A DNA stretch of 64,000 bases from a virus. Its lineage: Duplodnaviria > Caudoviricetes. The stretch's first letter is position 1. Each line of letters opens with the position of its first letter. The stretch is from positions 1 to 64,000 of IMG/VR virus record IMGVR_UViG_3300042546_000893; one strand, 5' to 3'. The position numbers and the translations under genes were made by a program. Shown here piece after piece: positions 46,338 to 55,514 of the stretch. Below the pieces are notes generated by a model. It was not told the DNA's origin, did not search any database, and saw only the letters and a program-made list of their open reading frames with translations.

Positions 46338-46886
46338 ATGATTATACAACAACTTTCACTATTTGAAACACAACCCGTAATTCTTGATTCAAACGAAAAT
46401 TATACCCCGTCTGATTTGATTGATTTAGTCCATGAGTTTTATGGATTTCCTGAATTAGACCCTTTTAGCTGTGAACTTGCCAACCGAACGGTAAAAGCTC
46501 AAAAGATATTCACAATTCAAGATGATGGATTTAAACAGAACTGGAGGGCTAAGACACTCTGGTTAAACCCTCCCTACAGCGCGGGATTTGTTGAGAAGGT
46601 TGTTGACAAATTAATTCAAACCCTGAACGAGACGGAAGCGGAAGCCCTTTTGTTAACCAATACTGACAACAGTACAGCCTGGTATAAAAAGGCTTTGAAT
46701 CGGTGCGATCGCTTCTGCCTACCCTCAACCCGACTCACATTCTACAGTCCCAAACGGGCGGCGGAAGGAAAAAAACAAGACCAAAACAGGTTCTCCCAAA
46801 CTCTGTTTTATTTTGGATTGCAACCTCAAAGATTTGAGGAAATTTTTGAGGGGTGGGGAACTGTTTGTCAAACTTCTAAATGGTAG
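46338..46886 (+). CDS. Phage DNA N6-adenine methyltransferase (phage Dam family)
   Basis: YTP...LDPFS...DGF..W...LWLNPPYS. Confidence 0.88.
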   Translation: MIIQQLSLFETQPVILDSNENYTPSDLIDLVHEFYGFPELDPFSCELANRTVKAQKIFTIQDDGFKQNWRAKTLWLNPPYSAGFVEKVVDKLIQTLNETEAEALLLTNTDNSTAWYKKALNRCDRFCLPSTRLTFYSPKRAAEGKKQDQNRFSQTLFYFGLQPQRFEEIFEGWGTVCQTSKW

Positions 46887-46907
46887 TAATTTAATCAAAA
46901 ATAGATT

Positions 46908-47204
46908 ATGAAAGAAGCGTTGGAATTATTGGAAGATAAGATTACTCAGATGGTTTTTGAATCCGACCTTGATATTTTTGTTAAGTGGCTCAAAAGCATG
47001 ACAAAAGATGCAAGTGCTGACAATGAAGTGATAGTTTATCAAACCTTAGATGGTCGAAGTGGGGGATTTGATTTTAGATGCGACCCTTGTACAAAAGCTG
47101 CCATGATTGGATTTGCTTTGTCTGGGATTCTTTGGACTCGGACATTCCCTGGGTTGCTAATAAAAGTTAATGCGGCATGGAAAAAAGCTAAAATAAAAAA
47201 GTAA
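46908..47204 (+). CDS. Hypothetical protein
   Basis: 98-aa ORF followed by hairpin. Confidence 0.5.
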   Translation: MKEALELLEDKITQMVFESDLDIFVKWLKSMTKDASADNEVIVYQTLDGRSGGFDFRCDPCTKAAMIGFALSGILWTRTFPGLLIKVNAAWKKAKIKK

Positions 47205-47301
47205 ACATGGATTGACGATCTAAAAAGCACCTCTATTAATTTAGAAGTGCTTTTTATTTGGCAAAGACTAGAAACCCTTATAATAGATTACTCTTGATTC
47301 C

Positions 47302-47604
47302 CTACTCATGATTTTCCTTTGTTTCTGCTAATTCAAATTCCTTTTTAGCCATTTCCCAAGATTTCTTGGTCGCGCCTACAGATATCTTGTACAAATTCTC
47401 TCCTCTGACTTCTTTGGGGATATCCCCAACCTTGACCTCGGCTACCCAAGGAAATCTATGATGATTGTCGCTTACCCATTTGATCATGGCTGTGCTATAG
47501 CCATAGCGATTTTTAACCCCTCTGATTAAATTAGATTTTGTCTCTGATGACTCCCAAAAATGCGCCCATCTATAACGCTCGGTCATATAATCCTCCTGTG
47601 ACAT
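47302..47604 (-). CDS. Hypothetical protein
   Basis: 100-aa ORF. Confidence 0.5.
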   Translation of the reverse strand: MSQEDYMTERYRWAHFWESSETKSNLIRGVKNRYGYSTAMIKWVSDNHHRFPWVAEVKVGDIPKEVRGENLYKISVGATKKSWEMAKKEFELAETKENHE

Positions 47605-47657
47605 AATATAATCATAGCACAGGTTATAATAAATATGTCAACCCAATTAAAATAATT

Positions 47658-47873
47658 ATGGCCACCAAAAGAGGCAGAGGGAAACCCCGTGACTACGCCA
47701 CAATCAAAACTTCTAAGGGCATAAACATCACCGATGTCGCGTGGGACGGTCTTAAAGTCCTGTCAGCGTCCTTTGGCTTGTCTCGTGCCGAACTCATAGA
47801 GAGGCTAGGGCGTGGGATGCTATCCCCGTCCGAGTTTCAGGAAGTTTACAAGAAATTTTTAGAAAAGGCTTGA
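47658..47873 (+). CDS. Ribbon-helix-helix/CopG-like DNA-binding protein
   Basis: GINITDVAWDGL...GLSRAELIE. Confidence 0.6.
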   Translation: MATKRGRGKPRDYATIKTSKGINITDVAWDGLKVLSASFGLSRAELIERLGRGMLSPSEFQEVYKKFLEKA

Positions 47874-47925
47874 CATTCTTTAAAACCTATGGGATATTGG
47901 TAATAGTCAAGCACACGGAGCAAAC

Positions 47926-48202
47926 AATGAAAATCAAAACTATATCTTACGGTCTGACGAGAAATTTAGGGAATTTTGAATCGGCACGGCTGGATATCTC
48001 GATCGAGATAGAGGAAAACGACGACTACGAGCAAAGTTTCAAAGCACTGAAAGCTATGGTGGTCAATCAGATCGGCGGGAACTTCCGCGACTTAGAATCA
48101 TTGACTGAAAAAAACAAGAGTGCAGTCAGACAATTATCCAAAGCCGCGACAAACGCCAAACATGACGGCTATATGTTTGGCTCTGGTGACGATACTTTTT
48201 AA
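47926..48202 (+). CDS. Hypothetical phage protein
   Basis: GGAG RBS before MKIKTISY; NLGNFESARLDI. Confidence 0.6.
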
Positions 48203-48285
48203 TTCTGTATAAAACCCCCGTTCAAAAATACTAATGGACGGGGTTTTGTTTTGTCCTTTGCTTTGTCCTAGCCTCCTGCTTTGTC

Positions 48286-48861
48286 CTAGCCTCCTGCTTT
48301 GCGCCGCAGATATTCAGCAAGGAGAAGTGCCTCCGCCCGCCCGTTGTATTTCTTGAGCTTTAATTCCATAGCCATCTGGGGGAATAACTGCACCGCAATA
48401 ATCCTTGATGCGTCCTTGTCTTTCCCAATCAAGCCATAATGCTTTTTCCATTCTTGAGGGGTCACCAACTCCATAGGAATATTTAACGCTGCGATCACTC
48501 CCAACCAAATGCCAAAATTCGTCCCAAAATCAAAGGTTGATCTAACTCCCTGTCCTGGCATTGAATGAACGCTCTCTATGGCGATTATTGAGCTTGAGGT
48601 AGCCAACTGTGCTAACTCCGATGCCATTAATGCAGGGCTTGACTTCGTTGTGATTTTAGTTTTGGGTTTGGCCTTGGACTTGACTGTTCCCTTGTCCGCA
48701 AGTTGATCAATTAGCGTGAGGTTTGGCTTTTTGCTTTTAACCTTAGTTTCAATCTCAATAACTGGACAATCAATGAGTTTGATTCCCGATGGAGAAATGA
48801 TAGCGATCGCTCCGGTTTTGCCTGGGTCAATTCCGATGAAAGTATTGATCATTATTTCCAT
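48286..48861 (-). CDS. RuvC-like Holliday junction resolvase
   Basis: IGIDPGKTGA, IAIE, VTPQEWKK, AEALLLA. Confidence 0.85.
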   Translation of the reverse strand: MEIMINTFIGIDPGKTGAIAIISPSGIKLIDCPVIEIETKVKSKKPNLTLIDQLADKGTVKSKAKPKTKITTKSSPALMASELAQLATSSSIIAIESVHSMPGQGVRSTFDFGTNFGIWLGVIAALNIPMELVTPQEWKKHYGLIGKDKDASRIIAVQLFPQMAMELKLKKYNGRAEALLLAEYLRRKAGG

Positions 48862-49124
48862 CCCTTCTTAATACTATTCTGATTAGCAAAAGCTACATGA
48901 TCTCTGGTGATCTGCCACTCATAACGGGGTCTTAACTCCTCTCCAATCCTGACGCAATCGGAGTCGGTATCAGTCAAGGGAATCACACCATTCTGATATT
49001 TGAACAAGGTCTTAGTTACCCAATTGACATCAGTTAATAATTGATTGCCGCCGCGCTTTCTGGCAGTATCAACAACTAACTCGACAATCTCTGGATAGTC
49101 TGATTTTGGTTTGGACTTTTTCAT
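48852..49124 (-). CDS. YPE-family paralog A
   Basis: DYPEIV...WVTKTLF.YQ...EWQIT. Confidence 0.65.
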   Translation of the reverse strand: MKKSKPKSDYPEIVELVVDTARKRGGNQLLTDVNWVTKTLFKYQNGVIPLTDTDSDCVRIGEELRPRYEWQITRDHVAFANQNSIKKGWK

Positions 49125-49490
49125 TTAAAACTCCTGTTCATTATCTATAGTTTTCTTCATCCCTGAGTTAACAGGTGTTAGCCCCTCTCGCCACGCCAAC
49201 CATCGGGTTTGTTGGTTTAGTTTGGCGGCGTTGTAATCCTCTAAGCTGATGTTCCAATCCTCAACAGGAGCAAACTCTAAACCAAGATCAAGAATGGTTT
49301 TGACAGCCCCTTCACGGGGGTATTTGGCTTTAGGGTTTGTCGTCCGGTGATAGAGTACCATCAAAATAAAGTCTTTGTTTTTGGGGATGGGATTGGGTTC
49401 TGGGATTAACAGGATTTGACTGTAGACTGATTCGACTACTTCGGGATAATTCATGGGCTTGTGTTTTGCTTTGCTTGTAGGATAAATCAA
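49125..49490 (-). CDS. YPE-family paralog B
   Basis: NYPEVV...DWNIS. Confidence 0.6.
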   Translation of the reverse strand: MIYPTSKAKHKPMNYPEVVESVYSQILLIPEPNPIPKNKDFILMVLYHRTTNPKAKYPREGAVKTILDLGLEFAPVEDWNISLEDYNAAKLNQQTRWLAWREGLTPVNSGMKKTIDNEQEF

Positions 49491-49493
49491 GGG

Positions 49494-50017
49494 TTCTACT
49501 ACATATCAGGTAAAAAGTAAAATAGTTTTAATTTTTTATTATTTTAGATTGGAAAAAGAAATAGCTAATGTATTTTTTATCCCACCATATAAATCATAAA
49601 ATTCGACAATTATTGATTCATTTGGTTTCATCACTCGATAACTTCTATCAAAATATCCTGAACAATAGTCTGTACCGTAATCTTTTTCACAAATAACACG
49701 AAAAGGGATATCTGAAGTGATGTTTAATTGTTGAGGTATATCTAAAGGATTTTTTATTATGTGTTGTGTTTTTTTGTTTTTTGATATAAAAACTAAATAA
49801 TTTCCTGAACGATTAAATATCGTTCTATTTGCATTAGCCAAACTATTTCCTGTATGATTACGCATGGTTTTATTTTCATTAGCTAAACATGAATTAGCAA
49901 AAGATACACTCAATAATGTAACAGTCAATAGTGATAAAAACAGTTTTTTCATTATTTTTTCTTGTTTTTGTTTTATGATAATTTTACCATTATTCTACTA
50001 CATATCAGGTAAAAAGT
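49494..50017. repeat. 25-bp perfect direct repeats flanking an inserted gene
   Basis: TTCTACTACATATCAGGTAAAAAGT at 49494-49518 and 49993-50017. Confidence 0.92.
49539..49952 (-). CDS. AT-rich secreted hypothetical protein (moron)
   Basis: Signal peptide MKKLFLSLLTVTLLSVSFANSCLA. Confidence 0.7.
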   Translation of the reverse strand: MKKLFLSLLTVTLLSVSFANSCLANENKTMRNHTGNSLANANRTIFNRSGNYLVFISKNKKTQHIIKNPLDIPQQLNITSDIPFRVICEKDYGTDYCSGYFDRSYRVMKPNESIIVEFYDLYGGIKNTLAISFSNLK

Positions 50018-51941
50018 TTACACTTCTGAAACCATTAATTTCCTTGATTAGTTTTTGACCTAAACCAAAATTTTGCAATTCATCAAATATCAACTCAGTA
50101 GTTTCAGCATTTAATCCAAACTGAGTTCTGAGTGATGATTTGCGGTAACAGTCACGGGCTGGTATAGGTTCACCCTTAAATATTTCCTTGATGAAATTAA
50201 ACACCGCTTGAGCCGATTCAGAAAGTGTTTTATCGGGTAATGTTTTGTTAGCTGTTCCATTCCACGAAGGTTTATATTTAGCTTGTAATTCTGACTCAAG
50301 AGTTAAACGTTTTTGCTCATCCCAATTTTTTGTGATGTAAAAAGCTATTTTCACCGATACGTCACCAATTGATTCAAGATGTTTTTTAACATGATGTTCC
50401 CAGTCACCTTTATTGTTCCAACGTCTCCAAAGGTCTTTAGATTGACCTACATAAAGAGGGTTTTGATAACCGTCAACAAATACACAATATACTCCCGCTT
50501 CGTATTGTGGTAGCCATTGCAAGCCACTGGGATAATCTATTGATTGCCAGGTATTACAATCTAAGGGATTTATTGATTGTAACACACTAGGAACATCATC
50601 TTTTTTTAGATTGATATTAGGTGATGGAACTATTTTAACATCTATTGGTTTATTTAAAAAAATAGGATTTAATAAACCATCAGGAGCATTGCCTTTTTTC
50701 CTATACTCAAGATGATGTTTATGCGTTGGATGTTCTGCGATTTGATGCTGATTAGAACCACAAACAACAACAGGATAGGCAGCACTTTGGATGTACTGAA
50801 ATTCAGGGGTGTCATGTTTCCACAAGTTTTGAATCTCACTCCTAGCACTAGCACCACAAAGAATTAAAAGGAAATTATTTCTAAACTTCCCATCAATTCC
50901 TATGGCTTCGGTGTTATGACTTTGCATGAAACCGATTAAACAAATATCAAATTTTCTAGCATTAGAAAGTTTCCGAATCGCATAAGTAAAAGTCTTAACT
51001 CTTTTTTCCTTGTTTTGCAATGGTTTGATAGTGTCTAATTGTGCTAACTCGGACATCGTATCATTGATTTCATCCAAGCAGACAATGATAGAATGCCCGT
51101 CTTTTTCTTTTCGGTTCTCGACTTCTTCGATTAGCCAGCACAAAATCTGATAAATTATTTCAACATCTGATTCAACCCTAGGGAAACCCATTTGTTGCCA
51201 GATAGGGTTTTTTGAAGCGTGGATATCCAAAACAATCACCTCGGCGGGTTTATGCTCAGTTAGTTTGCCAATCACGAAACCAGCACCTAGAGATGTTTTT
51301 GCGCTCCCAGAATTTCCCCCGATTAATATTCCTGAAGACTCATCGGCTAACTTATCCCAGTTATAGAAGTTTAAGATATGATTGGAGGGAATATCGCAAG
51401 GAATAAATGATAGTTCATCTGAATAGATATCATGATTCTCTTGATTATATTCCACAGGACTCTCTCGGTCTAAAACCATCAATTGACTCCGGTGAAGATT
51501 CCCTTCATTGTCATCCGACCTTCTTTGTTGCGATGGTGGTAATGTTTGATCATGGCTTTTAGGCTGCGCGATCGCTTGCTGACTTTCGTTCAAATATCTA
51601 ATATCCCTAAATTTTTCTAACTCATATTCCATCCCCAACCGCCGCAGGAATATAGCCTCGGTTTGCTCCTCTACCTTGGCTTGTAGCTTGATTGATTTCT
51701 CTGATTGACTCCCCATCACCCACCCCGCAATGGATAGCACTGCACCCGCAGACGTGCCAACAATCCCTAATTGTGGGTTTTTGTTGATTGCCAAAGGTGA
51801 AAACATCGCTAAACTACAACCAGCAATTGTTAATCCCAATGCCCATGCTGACAGGTGAGGATTTTTTAAATGTTCAGGGGTGTTATTCATTGTTTTCAGG
51901 TTGAGGTAATGTGAAATATATCCAAATTGAAACAGTGACAA
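49998..51941 (-). CDS. Membrane-anchored FtsK/VirD4-like P-loop ATPase with GIY-YIG-like domain
   Basis: Two N-terminal TM helices; GNSGSAKT; IVCLDE; GVYCVF...LYVGQS.DL..RW. Confidence 0.75.
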   Translation of the reverse strand: MSLFQFGYISHYLNLKTMNNTPEHLKNPHLSAWALGLTIAGCSLAMFSPLAINKNPQLGIVGTSAGAVLSIAGWVMGSQSEKSIKLQAKVEEQTEAIFLRRLGMEYELEKFRDIRYLNESQQAIAQPKSHDQTLPPSQQRRSDDNEGNLHRSQLMVLDRESPVEYNQENHDIYSDELSFIPCDIPSNHILNFYNWDKLADESSGILIGGNSGSAKTSLGAGFVIGKLTEHKPAEVIVLDIHASKNPIWQQMGFPRVESDVEIIYQILCWLIEEVENRKEKDGHSIIVCLDEINDTMSELAQLDTIKPLQNKEKRVKTFTYAIRKLSNARKFDICLIGFMQSHNTEAIGIDGKFRNNFLLILCGASARSEIQNLWKHDTPEFQYIQSAAYPVVVCGSNQHQIAEHPTHKHHLEYRKKGNAPDGLLNPIFLNKPIDVKIVPSPNINLKKDDVPSVLQSINPLDCNTWQSIDYPSGLQWLPQYEAGVYCVFVDGYQNPLYVGQSKDLWRRWNNKGDWEHHVKKHLESIGDVSVKIAFYITKNWDEQKRLTLESELQAKYKPSWNGTANKTLPDKTLSESAQAVFNFIKEIFKGEPIPARDCYRKSSLRTQFGLNAETTELIFDELQNFGLGQKLIKEINGFRSVNFLPDM

Positions 51942-52266
51942 TCAACAATAAAATCCATAATAATAATCTTAAAACTATCCAAGATTGACCTATTCCTAAA
52001 GCATAAAAAACACCAATCAATAAAGCTATAGCACCAAAAACTAATTCATCAGAGTTTACAGATTCTTGATTATCAGAAATTAAATATAAAATAACACTAC
52101 CAACAATCAAACCCAGATAAAGACAAATTAGCAATACTCTAGCTTCAGGATAAAGCAAAGCAAAATGTGATAACAAAAAGGAACAAGATAAACCTGTTCC
52201 AAAGATTGAAAACTTTTTGACTTTCCATAGTTTCATGTTTTGATTGGGGGAATGTTTCACCCCCAA
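51883..52266 (-). CDS. Four-TM membrane protein
   Basis: Four hydrophobic stretches. Confidence 0.65.
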   Translation of the reverse strand: MGVKHSPNQNMKLWKVKKFSIFGTGLSCSFLLSHFALLYPEARVLLICLYLGLIVGSVILYLISDNQESVNSDELVFGAIALLIGVFYALGIGQSWIVLRLLLWILLLIVTVSIWIYFTLPQPENNE

Positions 52267-52272
52267 ATAAAT

Positions 52273-52806
52273 TTACAGTTTCATCGAGTTTTCAATTTTG
52301 TCCAACTGGCGCATCACGTTAACAGCCCCTACATTTTCGTTAGCGTAATTACCAACGATTTGCATATATTTAGGAGCTTGACCATCTAACATTTTTTGAG
52401 TTTGAATCTTTTCCTCAAAACGTTTCAATGAACCTTCTGCCACACCTTTAACATATTGTTGGTCAGCTTCGTACCACTCAGTACGAGCTTTATCAACTTT
52501 CAATTGAGCTTCGACAATTACCTTTTTATTTGACGCTGCTTTGATTGCATTTTCGGCAATAATCTTAGCTCCCTTAGCTTCATTTTCAGATGGGTTAACT
52601 CGGTCAGGAATATTAAACTGTTGGTCAAATTCATCGGTTCCTGCATAGGAGCGTTCACGGGTATAGGGGGTGATATCACCTTTTCCTGTTGGACTCATCA
52701 CCTTAGAGAAATTAGCGCCCGTGCCAGCTTCTTTGATAATGTTTCCAGTTGAAAAACGATTGCGTAAACCGTCTAATTTAGTTGCCATTTCTTTTTCTCC
52801 ATTCAA
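52273..52806 (-). CDS. Hypothetical coiled-coil protein
   Basis: 177-aa ORF in operon. Confidence 0.6.
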   Translation of the reverse strand: MNGEKEMATKLDGLRNRFSTGNIIKEAGTGANFSKVMSPTGKGDITPYTRERSYAGTDEFDQQFNIPDRVNPSENEAKGAKIIAENAIKAASNKKVIVEAQLKVDKARTEWYEADQQYVKGVAEGSLKRFEEKIQTQKMLDGQAPKYMQIVGNYANENVGAVNVMRQLDKIENSMKL

Positions 52807-53044
52807 TAATTAGCTGTTCTTTGCACCCTTCACCACCTTTGTTTTTTAGGCATTTGTCATACCCTGAAAGGTTGGCTACGGCTACAAACTTTTGAAACTC
52901 CTCTGTTGGTTTATTGATTAGCCTGACAACTTCAGAAGTTATCAAACCAACTAACAATAAACTCAGCAAACCCATTGACCAATTAAATACCATCAATCCT
53001 GTTATCTGGGGGGAGGTCTGGGTTTCAGATTGTTGCAAATACAT
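52778..53044 (-). CDS. Single-TM hypothetical protein
   Basis: WSMGLLSLLLVGLI. Confidence 0.6.
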   Translation of the reverse strand: MYLQQSETQTSPQITGLMVFNWSMGLLSLLLVGLITSEVVRLINKPTEEFQKFVAVANLSGYDKCLKNKGGEGCKEQLIIEWRKRNGN

Positions 53045-53596
53045 TTAATTTGCCTCCAATTTTCTTTGAGAATTTGCATCTAAATACCCCGCTATCGCAC
53101 CACCAATAAACCCTGCCAGATGACCTTCCCAACTAATCCCTTGGGCAACCGATGGCAGCATTCCACCGATTAAATTTTGGAATATTATCCAGGTAATGAC
53201 AGCGCATACCAGATTAGGAAAATCAAGACGAAAGACAGCACTAAGAAGACAAAATCCAAAAAAACCATATATCACCCCGCTTGCTCCTATATGATTTGAA
53301 CCAGGTTGACCAAAGAACCAAACACCAAAACCTTCAATTACTGAAATCACCCAAAAGTTGTAATTGAATTTTCCAGGAGCTTTGAAAATTGTCAGGGTTG
53401 CCAATGGCAAATATCCGACTGTGTTCCCTATCAAGTGTTGGGGGTCTCCGTGTAGGAATGGCGAAAATATAATTCCTAACATTCCTATGCCTTCCACTCC
53501 TGGTCTGATTCCAAAATAATCAAATTCGGGGAAAAACATTTCCAAAGCCCACATTATTCCCAGATAGGTAGCTGCACATTTAAAATCTTTGAGCAT
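53045..53596 (-). CDS. Rhomboid family intramembrane serine protease
   Basis: FLHG..HLIGN, HIGASG and SWEGHLAG motifs; likely start 53596. Confidence 0.92.
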   Translation of the reverse strand: MLKDFKCAATYLGIMWALEMFFPEFDYFGIRPGVEGIGMLGIIFSPFLHGDPQHLIGNTVGYLPLATLTIFKAPGKFNYNFWVISVIEGFGVWFFGQPGSNHIGASGVIYGFFGFCLLSAVFRLDFPNLVCAVITWIIFQNLIGGMLPSVAQGISWEGHLAGFIGGAIAGYLDANSQRKLEAN

Positions 53597-53876
53597 ATTT
53601 TTGTTTACGTTCAGCCATCCATTTTTCTTTCCATCTTTTAGCTGAAATCTCATTTTGCTCTTTGGTGATATTCCACTCAGAGCGAGGCTTGATACTCTCA
53701 GCACCCCAAACACAATCTTGATGTGTTTCAGACATGGGTGAATATTCTGGCATTTGTTGATAAGTGAAAAGTGTGTTAGTCACCCAATCAGGGTCAAGCA
53801 TTACATCTTTGGGCTTAAAAGTTGATTTTGCTTGTTCAATCAATAACGAAACTATCTCTGGATAATCATTTACCAT
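53580..53876 (-). CDS. YPE-family paralog C
   Basis: DYPEIV...WVTNTLF.YQ...EWNIT. Confidence 0.65.
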   Translation of the reverse strand: MVNDYPEIVSLLIEQAKSTFKPKDVMLDPDWVTNTLFTYQQMPEYSPMSETHQDCVWGAESIKPRSEWNITKEQNEISAKRWKEKWMAERKQKYAQRF

Positions 53877-54022
53877 TTCAAAGCTCCTGGTGTCTGGTGT
53901 TGCGGTGACTGTGATTGCTGTTGGTTAGGTAGGTTAATCTTTCCTGAGTAAAGGAAAAATGCTGCTGCAACGGCTGCAATTCCTAACCAAATCAAATTCT
54001 GTTTATTTTTTGTGAAATCCAT
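53870..54022 (-). CDS. Small single-TM protein (50 aa, not in ORF track)
   Basis: MDFTKNKQNLIWLGIAAVAAAFFLY... Confidence 0.55.
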   Translation of the reverse strand: MDFTKNKQNLIWLGIAAVAAAFFLYSGKINLPNQQQSQSPQHQTPGALKW

Positions 54023-54137
54023 AATATCTGTTACAAACAATGTTGTTGTGAATTGCGACTAAAGGGGGGATTGTCAGGTAAAGAATGATTCCAAAAATCA
54101 TCCATTGGATAATGAATCTATGGTTTATCGTTATCAT
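54003..54137 (-). CDS. Small single-TM protein (44 aa, not in ORF track)
   Basis: MITINHRFIIQWMIFGIILYLTIPPLV...; ATGA coupling. Confidence 0.45.
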   Translation of the reverse strand: MITINHRFIIQWMIFGIILYLTIPPLVAIHNNIVCNRYYGFHKK

Positions 54138-54295
54138 AAATCCCCTTGAGCGTAGGCTTGACAGAAAGCTCCGGTATTGTCTGGGGTGCGATTATCAACA
54201 ATATCAGCACCCCCTCTTTGTAAGCAAAGGAGATAAGTTAAGAACCAAACTACTATCCAAAACATCATTTCCTTTTTCGTGTACAAATTTGTCAT
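54134..54295 (-). CDS. Small single-TM protein (53 aa, not in ORF track)
   Basis: MTNLYTKKEMMFWIVVWFLTYLLCL...; ATGA coupling. Confidence 0.45.
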   Translation of the reverse strand: MTNLYTKKEMMFWIVVWFLTYLLCLQRGGADIVDNRTPDNTGAFCQAYAQGDL

Positions 54296-54558
54296 CGCTG
54301 CATTTTATTGTTGTTGTTGATGATTATGTCGGGCGATGGTTGACTAGGACGTTCAATGTATCTTGTTCCTCCTACAACAATAGGTGAAATAAATATCAGG
54401 AATATAAAACCTATTGGCAAAAGCATTATATTTGAAGACATTCCTGATGATGTAGCATTCCGGTTTGGTTGTTGTTGGCAATCATCACTTGGTTGTTGAT
54501 AGTTTTGACCGGGAGCTTCATAGTAATTGATATGGATTCCGTTCTTTCTGTTTGACAT
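54292..54558 (-). CDS. Single-TM hypothetical protein
   Basis: IMLLPIGFIFLIFISPIVV. Confidence 0.6.
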   Translation of the reverse strand: MSNRKNGIHINYYEAPGQNYQQPSDDCQQQPNRNATSSGMSSNIMLLPIGFIFLIFISPIVVGGTRYIERPSQPSPDIIINNNNKMQR

Positions 54559-54563
54559 TGTTT

Positions 54564-54845
54564 TTAATTGTTTTCAAATTTGTACATATTCACTGCACCA
54601 CCATTAGGAGTCATCACAGTGTTGGGTGAAACTTGCGGCTGTAATGTTTGAGGCTGTGGTCTTGTTACTATATTTTGATAAATCAAACCTGCAACAATTC
54701 CAACTATTAACCACTGCCACCCATTTAACTTGTCAAAAAATTTATCTACCTTCATCGTTTTTTCTCCTAGTAATTCGTTAATTATTGAAAGTTTTTCGAG
54801 GTCTTTATCAGAACATTTGTCCTGTGACAAGATTCTGTTTTTCAT
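54564..54845 (-). CDS. Single-TM hypothetical protein
   Basis: Likely start 54845; WQWLIVGIVAGLIY. Confidence 0.55.
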   Translation of the reverse strand: MKNRILSQDKCSDKDLEKLSIINELLGEKTMKVDKFFDKLNGWQWLIVGIVAGLIYQNIVTRPQPQTLQPQVSPNTVMTPNGGAVNMYKFENN

Positions 54846-54855
54846 TTGTCTAAGC

Positions 54856-55242
54856 TCAGAAGAACTTAAAGATGATTGTGTTTTGACTTCCGATGTTGAA
54901 TCTGTACCCCGATAATCCTGAATCACCGTATCCGCGTTCTGCAATCTCTGGATTCTGTTGATACTGACGTGGCTCATATTCTTGGTTTTCTTGGGGTAAT
55001 GTGTATTCGTATTCTTGGATGGTTCGACGGTTTTGGCACGGTCTTTGTGGCATAGTTTCTGTTTGCAAATATGCCTGTTGAAACTCATAACCTGGCGGGA
55101 GTTGTGCCAAGGCGTGACCTGTCATAGAGGGCGAGACAAGGCATAAGACAAGGCTTGTGCCAAGTCGTGCCAAGGTTTTGTGAGAAATTGCCGTGTCGCA
55201 TGACAGGTTGTCGTGAACCAACGGGAGAAGAATTGTATCCAT
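54856..55242 (-). CDS. Putative exported hypothetical protein
   Basis: Hydrophobic stretch then ALA-QLP; Gln/Tyr-rich. Confidence 0.55.
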   Translation of the reverse strand: MDTILLPLVHDNLSCDTAISHKTLARLGTSLVLCLVSPSMTGHALAQLPPGYEFQQAYLQTETMPQRPCQNRRTIQEYEYTLPQENQEYEPRQYQQNPEIAERGYGDSGLSGYRFNIGSQNTIIFKFF

Positions 55243-55463
55243 TATTTTGAGTCCTTTTGCACTATGTTAATGAATTGGTTTTTTGCAGAGAGTAGACTGC
55301 AAATACCGTTTGCATTTGCTTGTAGCATCCAGATGACACTACCACCTCCAATACCCGTTCCAATTATTAGGAGTATGATTGTGTTAATCATTGACTTCTT
55401 AATATTGTTTGCTGTTTTTGCGATAGATGACACCATAATCTGTACCTGGTTTTTACTTAACAA
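55242..55463 (-). CDS. Single-TM hypothetical protein
   Basis: IILLIIGTGIGGGSVIW. Confidence 0.5.
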   Translation of the reverse strand: MLSKNQVQIMVSSIAKTANNIKKSMINTIILLIIGTGIGGGSVIWMLQANANGICSLLSAKNQFINIVQKDSK

Positions 55464-55514
55464 ATCCCTCCGTGCATAAGAAAAACCACATCGGGATACT
55501 GCTTTTTGATTGGT

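Noticed and set aside
48250-48300. Short tandem duplication (TGCTTTGTCCTAGCCTCC) at the end of the RuvC-like gene as an att site
   Set aside because: Adjacent local duplication with phage genes on both sides and no integrase nearby
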